DNA of 24,467 nucleotides. Origin: an archaeon. GTDB lineage: Archaea; Iainarchaeota; Iainarchaeia; Iainarchaeales; 1-14-0-10-31-34. Within the stretch, counting starts at the first letter, position 1. Every line of letters begins with the position of its first letter. Shown here piece after piece: positions 1 to 7,206 of this stretch. Below the pieces are notes generated by a model. The model did not search any database. It had not been told where the DNA came from and was given only the letters and a program-made list of their open reading frames with translations. The stretch lies in the NCBI GenBank assembly GCA_043815885.1, contig JBDRIL010000012.1:1-24467 (forward strand), in the 5' to 3' direction. A program made the position numbers and the translations under genes.

Positions 1-816
1 TTTTAGGTTGTCGTTACTGGAATCATAGTAGCTTATGTGTGGTTTGTCATTACTGTCTATTGCTATTGAGGTAAATTCTCCTACAAACCCCCCACTGTCC
101 ACTGTTTCTGTGTGCCATTGGTTTCCGTCGTGATAGGCATACTTCAAGTCTGCGCCTTTTCCTACAGCGCCATAGTAGCTTATGTGTGATTTGTCATTAC
201 TGTCTAATGCAATTGATGTGTCTTGCCCTGCTATTCCTTGACTATCTACTGTTTCTGTGTGCCATTGGTTTCCGTCGTGATAGGCATACTTCAGGTCTCC
301 GTTAGTGGAATCGAAGTAGCTTATGTGTGGTTTGTCGTTGCTGTCTATTGCTATTGATGTATATTTCCCTACGTTTCCTTCATTGTCTACTGTTTCTGTG
401 TTCCATTGGCTTCCATCATAATAAGCGTATCTTAGCTCTTGATTAACGGCATCCCTGTGGCTTATATGAGGCCTGTCGTTGCTATCTAAGGCGATATCAG
501 GGTATTGTCCCATTCCAATTTCGCCTTCTACTATTTCTATGTACCACTCACTTCCGTCATAATAAGCGTATTTTAGTCCGTCGCTGTTTCCAATGTAGGC
601 TATGTGTGGGTTATTAGAACTGTCTATGGCAATAGACTCAAATGAACCAACTGAGTCGTTGCTATCCACAGTCTCTATATGCCATGCATTGCCTTTATCG
701 GTTGTATCGGGTATTGAGGTATTGATTGGAATTAGTTTTGCGAATCCGGTTGTAAATGTAATGCTAAGCAGTAAGATTAATGAGATTAGTATTGTTGAAG
801 TGATTTTTTTATTCAT
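1..816 (-). CDS. Secreted/surface tandem-repeat protein, probable beta-propeller (3' end runs off the window)
   Basis: Not in the ORF track; translated by hand. ATG at 816 with a GGAGGG SD. It starts [26 protein letters not shown] (signal peptide), then about 5 repeats of 46-49 aa with consensus WhtEtVDsxGxvGxytSIAiDSNDkPHISYydxxngdLKYAYhDGnq. Open to position 1. Confidence 0.85.
   Translation of the reverse strand, partial: MNKKITSTILISLILLLSITFTTGFAKLIPINTSIPDTTDKGNAWHIETVDSNDSVGSFESIAIDSSNNPHIAYIGNSDGLKYAYYDGSEWYIEIVEGEIGMGQYPDIALDSNDRPHISHRDAVNQELRYAYYDGSQWNTETVDNEGNVGKYTSIAIDSNDKPHISYFDSTNGDLKYAYHDGNQWHTETVDSQGIAGQDTSIALDSNDKSHISYYGAVGKGADLKYAYHDGNQWHTETVDSGGFVGEFTSIAIDSNDKPHISYYDSSNDNLK
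101..293. repeat. 46-bp exact direct repeat (101-146 and 248-293) within the protein repeat array; degenerate copy starting at 389
   Basis: ACTGTTTCTGTGTGCCATTGGTTTCCGTCGTGATAGGCATACTTCA occurs twice, 147 nt apart. The next copy is 141 nt further on. Confidence 0.9.
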
Positions 817-910
817 TTTTATTTATCCCTCCTGAGGGGTATATTATTCATTAATTAATCTAGTATATATAGTGTTGGATTATGTTTAAAAACAGGGTTT
901 TTTTAAGGCC

Positions 911-1183
911 TTATTTCCTTCTTTCCAGGAGGGAATCCAGTGCATGAAATGGATCCATTACCTTGAATTGGAAGGCGTCTCTTTTAATTAACTTTAATTC
1001 AACCAAGTCAGAGAGTATTTTTTCAGCAATTTCTTCCTCTATTTCCAGTAACTCAGCCACTTCATCCAGATACATTTCATTGTACATTATTAGTGCCTGC
1101 AATACTTTTGCATGGGATTCAGAGAAAAAAGGGCCGGAATTTTCTTTTGATGCTTTCAGAATTGTTAATTCAGCCAGATTCAT
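911..1183 (-). CDS. Small winged-helix/HTH DNA-binding protein (TrmB/MarR-like)
   Basis: HTH-like segment MYLDEVAELLEIEEEIAEKILSDLVELKLIKR. Probable start is MNLAEL at 1183; the ORF track extends to 1225. Confidence 0.6.
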   Translation of the reverse strand: MNLAELTILKASKENSGPFFSESHAKVLQALIMYNEMYLDEVAELLEIEEEIAEKILSDLVELKLIKRDAFQFKVMDPFHALDSLLERRK

Positions 1184-1324
1184 TTCCTTTCTTCCCGGAG
1201 AGGGGAAAAATAAGGGGAAATGCATTCACATTCCCCCCATATTTCTGTCCAACTCTCTAATTAATTGCGCTGCGGGGATTAATATAAATAAGGTTAAAAA
1301 AAAGTCAACTTATTGGTTTAATTT

Positions 1325-1642
1325 TTAGAGTTTTTTTTCTTTTGCTATCAACTCTTTTTTGGCTAATTTCAGTAATTCCTTTCCTTTAGAGGTAATGGAA
1401 TAAATTTTTTTGTTTTTTTTCCTTTTTCCTTCCACAAAACCCCTTTTCTCCAGCTTATACAGTACAATGTATGCAGTGACATTTCCCGGAAGGAAATCAA
1501 ACTCTTCTTTTATTTTTTTCCTTAAGAGATAGGCGTGGGAGGGTTCCTTATTCAATAAAGAAAGAAGGTAAATCCATAATACCTCAATAGTGAGCTTTGA
1601 ATGAAGCCTCTTTATTTCAGTTGAATTCATTAATTCCTTCAT
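1325..1642 (-). CDS. PadR-family transcriptional regulator
   Basis: PadR signature LSLLNKEPSHAYLLRKKI...PGNVTAYIVLYKLEKRGFV...KKIYSITSKGKELL; divergent from ino1. Confidence 0.88.
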   Translation of the reverse strand: MKELMNSTEIKRLHSKLTIEVLWIYLLSLLNKEPSHAYLLRKKIKEEFDFLPGNVTAYIVLYKLEKRGFVEGKRKKNKKIYSITSKGKELLKLAKKELIAKEKKL

Positions 1643-1684
1643 TCCAAAGAATAAGGAGAAAGGAAAAATTTAAATAGAGAAAGG

Positions 1685-1726
1685 ACTATTTTATACTTAT
1701 AAAGTATTTTATAACCATAAAATAGT
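1685..1726. promoter_or_regulatory. Nested inverted repeats in the padR/ino1 divergent promoter (putative operator)
   Basis: ACTATTTTAT (1685-1694) and ATAAAATAGT (1717-1726) form a perfect 10-bp IR. Inner IR ATACTT-ATA-AAGTAT at 1693-1707. GGTG SD at 1727-1730. Confidence 0.5.
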
Positions 1727-1732
1727 GGTGTT

Positions 1733-4247
1733 ATGGGCAAAAAAATAAGGGTTGCGGTTGCAGGAGTAGGGAATTGTGCTTCTTCTTTAATCCAGGGAGT
1801 GCATTACTATAGTGGAATAATCTCTAATGATTCTCCTGTTCCGGGATTAATGCATAACGTTTTTGGAGAATATAAGATAAAGGACATTGAGTTTGTTGCT
1901 GCTTTTGATATTGATGAAAGAAAAGTTGGAAAGGATTTAAGCCAGGCCATTTTTGCTAAACCCAATTGCACTGCGGTATTCCAAAAAGACATCCCTGAAT
2001 TGGGGGTCGAGGTTTTAAAAGGACCAGTACTGGATGGAGTTGCAAAACACATGGCTGATTATCCTTTGGACAGAAGATTTTCCCTCTCAAAAGAACCTCC
2101 AGTGGATGTTGCAGCAGAATTAAAGAAAGCAGAAGCAGACGTACTCATAAATTATATGCCTGTTGGAAGCGAGGAAGCAGCAAAATATTATGCTAATGCT
2201 GCATTGGATGCAGGTTGTGGCTTCATTAACTGTATGCCTGTATTCATTGCATCAAATAAGGAGCTGGCTAAAAAATTTGAGGAAAAGAAGCTGCCTATCA
2301 TTGGAGACGACATTAAGTCCCAGCTTGGGGCAACCATTGTTCACAGGACTCTTGCAAGGCTTTTTGCTGAAAGAGGTTTACAGATAAATAACAGTTATCA
2401 GATAAATGTTGGAGGAAACAGCGTAACAGCAGACCAAGAAATTATTCTTCTTGTTAATAATAGATTAAGAAGAATGAGGATAGGGGATTTTATAGACTCT
2501 TTCATAAATATTTATGGAAAAAAAAAGATGGGACGAAAAGGAGATTGTGGCTATAAAAGAAACCAATCAAAGCGTCAAATGTTTTACTGTAAATGATAAT
2601 CTTAATATATCGTTATCAGTTGTGGATGCTTTAATAAGACACAAGATTTCTGGCCCAATTTATGAAATAACGACAGAGGAAGGAAGGAAAATAAAAATTA
2701 CAGGAGACCACAACTTATTTACTCTGGATGATGAAGCCAACTTAAAAGAGGTTCCTGTTAGGTTACTTAAAGAAGATGGCACTTACATAGGTGTGCCCAG
2801 GGCATTGAATTATTTTGTTCAAGAAGAGCCAAAAAGCATAGATCTAATCCCTTATTTGAATGATCTATTTGCGAGAGGAATTTCAGATGGCTACATAAAA
2901 GTTCATAATCATCCGGAAATAAGGATTCCTGTAAATTTTCCAATCACTGATGAACTTCTACACATTCTTGGGTTATGGCTTGCAGACGGTAACTTTGACA
3001 GAGCAGCATCATCGAATATAGAATTAGCTTGCGGTGACGAGCCAGAATGCATGGAAGTATTAGACAGATTTGTGGATAGTTTTAATATCAACTATAATGT
3101 TAGAGGCGATGGGATAAGAGTAAGAATTCTTTCAAAGACACTTTCCAAAATCTTTAAATTGGCTCTTGGGTTAGGGGGCAATGCTTATACAAAGCGCGTA
3201 CCTGAGTGGGTTTTTAATCTCTCAGAAAGACAGACAGCCTTGGTTTTGAAAGGATATTTAAGTGGAGATGGAGGCATAACTGGAAAACAAATCAGATGGG
3301 CTTCAGTATCAGAAGATCTTATAAAAGACATACAAACACTATTCTTACGCATAGGAATAAATTCCACTATTTTTAAGGAGACATATAACAAAAAGCGTGC
3401 ATCATCATTTCATAGTCCTTTAGGTTATATCTGGCATGGCTTGATATCTTCAAAAGATGATATGGAACTATTCATAAATAAAGTAGGTTTTGCACAAGAA
3501 TTCAAAAATAAGGCAGCATTAGAGGCTTACGGAAAACTCAAAAAATGTGGCATGCATAGAATACCAAACATGCCTCTCCTCAAAAAATGGAGGATAAAAT
3601 CTGCTACTTGGCATAAACATTCATCCATAAGAGCGTACATAGTACTTCAGCAACTTGATAAGATTAAAAATGAGTTTGAGAGGGAAAAAATAAAAAATAT
3701 TTGTAGTGGTGACCTGCATTTCCTTAAAGTAAAAAAAATAAAAAAGATCAAGAGTAGTGAAGTATATGTTTATGATATAAGCACTAAACCATTTGAGCGT
3801 TTTATTTGTTCTAATGTCCTTGTCCACAATACTGATTTCCTTAATATGTTGGCAATGGATAGACTTAAATCCAAAAAGATTTCCAAGACAAGGGCAGTTC
3901 AATCAATCTTGCCTGTTCCAATAAAGGATGAAAACCTGCATATAGGCCCTTCTGATTACATTCCCTGGCTGAATGACAGAAAGCTTTGTTTTTTGAGGAT
4001 AGAGGGAAAAAAGTTTGGAGACATTCCAATAGATATAGAGGTTAGACTGAATGTAGAAGATTCCCCTAACTCTGCCGGGGTAGTGATTGATGCAGTAAGA
4101 GCAGTAAAGATTGCATTGGACAGAAAGATTTCAGGGCCTTTGACTTCTGCTTCTGCTTATTTAATGAAGCATCCTCCGGAACAGTTTCCTGACCATTTGG
4201 CGAGAGAGATGCTGGAAGAATTCATAATAAATAAGAGAGAAAGATAA
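1733..4247 (+). CDS. ino1: Myo-inositol-1-phosphate synthase, intein-containing and frameshifted within the intein (appears as ORFs 1733-2596 and 2514-4247)
   Basis: Motifs [64 protein letters not shown]-extein 1733-2419 (229 aa) plus C-extein 3831-4244 (138 aa) gives 367 aa, a normal prokaryotic MIPS size. Confidence 0.93.
2420..3830 (+). mobile_element. Intein with LAGLIDADG homing endonuclease inserted in ino1
   Basis: Block [13 protein letters not shown], block [14 protein letters not shown] (TxxH), LAGLIDADG motifs LGLWLADGN and [10 protein letters not shown], blocks [10 protein letters not shown]...VLVHN followed by Thr. 1411 nt = 470 codons + 1 nt. Confidence 0.93.
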
Positions 4248-4250
4248 TGA

Positions 4251-4853
4251 ATGGTTCTCTACAAGAATAGGCAGAGATTCGAGAAATTATCCATTAAGAT
4301 AGGCAGTTTCTTCAGTAAATTTGGTCTTACTCCAAACCAATGGACTATTGCAACACTTATTCCAACCTTTATTGCCTTTTATTTTCTCCTACAGCAAGAC
4401 TTTCTTTTGGCTGCATTATTCTTCATTATTTCCTCTTTCTTTGATTTAATTGATGGTTCTGTTGCAAGAGTAATGGGATTGGTTACAAAGAAGGGAGCAT
4501 ACCTTGACACAATAATTGACAGATACGTTGAATTCATTATAGTTTTAGGATTGCTTTTTGCATCTCTTCCTGATTTTTTTCTTCCAGTGAGTGCATGGAT
4601 TTTAATTTACCTGTTTGGGGCTACAATGACTACTTATTCCAAGGCAGCAGCAAAGGAAAAAGAACTAACCAGAAACGAAATCAAGGGGGGATTGCTTGAA
4701 AGAGCCGAAAGACTGATACTGTTGTTTATTGGAATACTTCTGGCTTCATTCAATCCACTTTACTTGACTTACATAATTGTTGTACTGGCAATTCTTTCAA
4801 ATATTTCTGCAATAGAAAGAATACTGACTGCATTCCGCTTAAAGCCCTTATAA
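4251..4853 (+). CDS. CDP-alcohol phosphatidyltransferase (likely archaetidylinositol-phosphate synthase)
   Basis: CDP-AP motif DLIDGSVAR...GAYLDTIIDR, TPNQWT, GGLLERAER, multiple TM helices. Starts 3 nt after the ino1 stop. Confidence 0.9.
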   Translation: MVLYKNRQRFEKLSIKIGSFFSKFGLTPNQWTIATLIPTFIAFYFLLQQDFLLAALFFIISSFFDLIDGSVARVMGLVTKKGAYLDTIIDRYVEFIIVLGLLFASLPDFFLPVSAWILIYLFGATMTTYSKAAAKEKELTRNEIKGGLLERAERLILLFIGILLASFNPLYLTYIIVVLAILSNISAIERILTAFRLKPL

Positions 4854-4864
4854 AAACAAGCGAA

Positions 4865-5533
4865 CTATTTTTTCCCGCAGTAAACCATTACATGCTCTTT
4901 ATCAAATGGCTTCAGGCTTATCACTTGAATTACATTAAATTCTTTCTCTAATTTATTTGTTTCTTCCTCAAATATTTTTTCTGCTTTCTTTTCCTGTGAA
5001 ATGCTTCTTGCCTTTACCACCAGCAATCCCTTTCTTCCTTTTTTCAGGAATTTTTCTGCATTCTTAATAAAAATCTCTGCCTGGTTTTTTTGAGAGATGT
5101 CCTGATACAATAAATTGAATTCAATTCCATTTAATTCATCTTCATATCCTTCAGGCTTATCTGAATCAGCAAGAATTGGAAGAAGGTTTTTCCTCTTATC
5201 ACACAATTGAATGAATTTATGCATTGCCCTTGCACTCACATCAATTCCCACAAGCATTCCCTTTTCTCCAATTATATCGGATAAATGGCTAGCGGTTGTT
5301 CCTTCTGCTACGCCCAGATAAAGAATATTAGTGCCTTCCTTTACTGGAACTTCCTTTAATCCATTTTTTATTGCTGCTGCAAGCTTTGAACGGAATGGAT
5401 TCCAGGAACGATACTCAATTCCATCCAATTCAGTTAATTCCTCTCCGTAAACCTTCTCTCCTTTAATCATGTTCTTGGTCAGAATCTTATTCTTGAAGGA
5501 ATAAATTCCTGGAAAAATCAGTTTTACTTCCAT
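4865..5533 (-). CDS. flpA: Fibrillarin-like rRNA/tRNA 2'-O-methyltransferase
   Basis: VYGE, YRSWNPFRSKLAAAI, ILYLGVAEGTTASHLSD, YQDISQKNQAEIF, KARSI. Confidence 0.96.
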   Translation of the reverse strand: MEVKLIFPGIYSFKNKILTKNMIKGEKVYGEELTELDGIEYRSWNPFRSKLAAAIKNGLKEVPVKEGTNILYLGVAEGTTASHLSDIIGEKGMLVGIDVSARAMHKFIQLCDKRKNLLPILADSDKPEGYEDELNGIEFNLLYQDISQKNQAEIFIKNAEKFLKKGRKGLLVVKARSISQEKKAEKIFEEETNKLEKEFNVIQVISLKPFDKEHVMVYCGKK

Positions 5534-6345
5534 TATTGCTTTCCTTTTACTTCCTTTACTCTTTTATCCAATTTTTTCTTTAATTCCTTTGAAATATCTT
5601 TTTTTCCAAAGTAATCCTCTTTTACTGCAATGGAGAGTTTTCCAGCAAGGCTTCTTGCAATCTTTCCCCTCTTTTCTTTCTCTACCTCTCTCAAAAGCGG
5701 ATGAGCGAAAATCACTCCATATTTAGGGGGCTTAGCTTTCTTCTTTAGATGTCTGAATAATGCTTTCTCTGCTCCAAGAATCTGTACTGTGGATGAAGGC
5801 ATTAAGGCAAGTCTTTTTGCTGAACCAGCCTTGCTTAATAGTTTTGCTCCAATTAATGGCTGGGCTAGTTCAGTAAAATTCGGGAGAAGTGACTTCATTA
5901 ATTTCTCAATATACTTCGCTAATTCCTCTCTCTCCTTTTTAATGCTTAAAGCATTTTTAGCCAAAACATGAATCTGTTCCAAATCCTCTTTTCCTATTTC
6001 TGAACCCATTGAAGTTAAAGCCTTGCTTTCAATTTCCTTTGCTTTTTCCTTCTTATTAAAGACCTTCAAAATATTTTTTTCCTTGAAATTCTTTCTCTCC
6101 CCTAATTCCATTAACTTCAGATAACTTTCATTGTCCTGAACAACTGCATTCAGTTCAGGGAAATGAGCTGAATACCAGTCCCTTGCATTCTCCGAGAGAA
6201 GATTGAAAATAGAATCAATGTCCCCCAATAAATTAACTGCCTTTACAATATGATAATCCCTTCCGGTATAAGCCTCGCTTACTTTTTTCTTGCTTTTTTC
6301 AATCAATCTCTTTCTCAATGCTTCCCTTTTATCCATTTTTTTCAC
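5533..6345 (-). CDS. nop5: Nop5 (Nop56/58) box C/D RNP protein, short form
   Basis: DWYSAHFPEL, LALMPSSTVQILGAEKALFRHL, PPKYGVIF, RGKIARSLAGKLSIA. Start is GTG 6345 or ATG 6336. Stop overlaps the flpA start (TAATG). Confidence 0.93.
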   Translation of the reverse strand: MKKMDKREALRKRLIEKSKKKVSEAYTGRDYHIVKAVNLLGDIDSIFNLLSENARDWYSAHFPELNAVVQDNESYLKLMELGERKNFKEKNILKVFNKKEKAKEIESKALTSMGSEIGKEDLEQIHVLAKNALSIKKEREELAKYIEKLMKSLLPNFTELAQPLIGAKLLSKAGSAKRLALMPSSTVQILGAEKALFRHLKKKAKPPKYGVIFAHPLLREVEKEKRGKIARSLAGKLSIAVKEDYFGKKDISKELKKKLDKRVKEVKGKQ

Positions 6346-6347
6346 TC

Positions 6348-6746
6348 TTATCTGTTTTCAGTAAACGTAATTTTTTTGTTCCTGTTATCGAATGTTACCT
6401 TAAATGCATCAAATACTCCTTTCAATCCAATTAAATTAAACTTTGTTGCCAATTCATTTGAGAACAAGACTTCGCTTCTAATTTCTTTGTTTGCCACTAT
6501 TAAAATTGTTTCAACGGAATATGCTTTAATCTTTCCTGCAGTTCCTCTCGGATAAATGACTTTTCCCTTCTTGTAATCAATTCCCAAGATTTCGGCCATG
6601 ATTGTGTTAAAGACAGAAACACTTGCCCCTGAATCAATATAGGCTGCAGTTTCAATGAGTTTATCCTTGTTCTTTATTGCAACAGGAATTATTGGAAGAA
6701 ACCTTTTTCCAACTCTCTCATAAGAATAAGAAACAGTATTAATCAT
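6348..6746 (-). CDS. Retropepsin-like (clan AA) aspartic protease
   Basis: Catalytic AYIDSGAS motif and NLIGLKG motif; single 132-aa domain. Confidence 0.85.
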   Translation of the reverse strand: MINTVSYSYERVGKRFLPIIPVAIKNKDKLIETAAYIDSGASVSVFNTIMAEILGIDYKKGKVIYPRGTAGKIKAYSVETILIVANKEIRSEVLFSNELATKFNLIGLKGVFDAFKVTFDNRNKKITFTENR

Positions 6747-6919
6747 AGCAAGTACACTTCATCTGCATCCTTTGGAACCTGAAATATCCTTGGATTACTG
6801 CAAAACTTCATTCCCTCTTCATAAACTTTTTTTGCATTTTTTCCATGACTAACTACCTTATTCTTATTAACAACAACCCATTCTGCTCCATATTTTCTTA
6901 TTTTCTCCCACTCAATCAT
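6743..6919 (-). CDS. 58-aa small protein, DUF5678-like, coupled to the aspartic protease
   Basis: Hand translation MIEWEKIRKYGAEWVVVNKNKVVSHGKNAKKVYEEGMKFCSNPRIFQVPKDADEVYLL. GGGTG SD upstream; ATGA overlap with the protease. Family call is from recalled pattern only. Confidence 0.75.
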   Translation of the reverse strand: MIEWEKIRKYGAEWVVVNKNKVVSHGKNAKKVYEEGMKFCSNPRIFQVPKDADEVYLL

Positions 6920-6968
6920 TCAAAAGCACCCAAATAATATGATTTAAAATCAATAAAAACATATTCTT

Positions 6969-7148
6969 TTAACCCTCATTTATTTTCTCCTTTTCCTTTA
7001 ATTCCTTAATGAATTCCTCATCTCCAACCAGTGCAATTCCCTGATAACCGCATTCCCTGCACTTATAGATATCCCCCAACCTTCCCCCCATGAACCAATA
7101 GAGTTCAGTGGAATAACACTGAGGGCAGAACCTGTGCTCTTTTTCCAT
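6969..7148 (-). CDS. 59-aa zinc-ribbon microprotein
   Basis: Hand translation MEKEHRFCPQCYSTELYWFMGGRLGDIYKCRECGYQGIALVGDEEFIKELKEKEKINEG; two CxxC knuckles. Confidence 0.8.
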   Translation of the reverse strand: MEKEHRFCPQCYSTELYWFMGGRLGDIYKCRECGYQGIALVGDEEFIKELKEKEKINEG

Positions 7149-7206
7149 TGTATTAATTCTTTTACCGCAATTAATTTATAAAAAGTAGGTAGAATAAATT
7201 ATTAAA

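Noticed and set aside
1..700. 141-147 bp periodic repeats as a CRISPR array or DGR template/variable pair
   Set aside because: The periods are multiples of 3 within an open frame, differences are not adenine-specific, and no cas or reverse transcriptase gene is present.
602..1328. Plus-strand ORFs 602-835 and 963-1328
   Set aside because: Antisense shadows of better-supported minus-strand genes.
2514..4247. 577-aa ORF as an unrelated stand-alone endonuclease gene
   Set aside because: It carries intein blocks B, F and G and ends in the Ino1 C-terminal half, so it is part of ino1.
4854..7206. Box C/D guide RNA near fibrillarin/nop5
   Set aside because: No RTGATGA...CTGA pair found in the short intergenic gaps.
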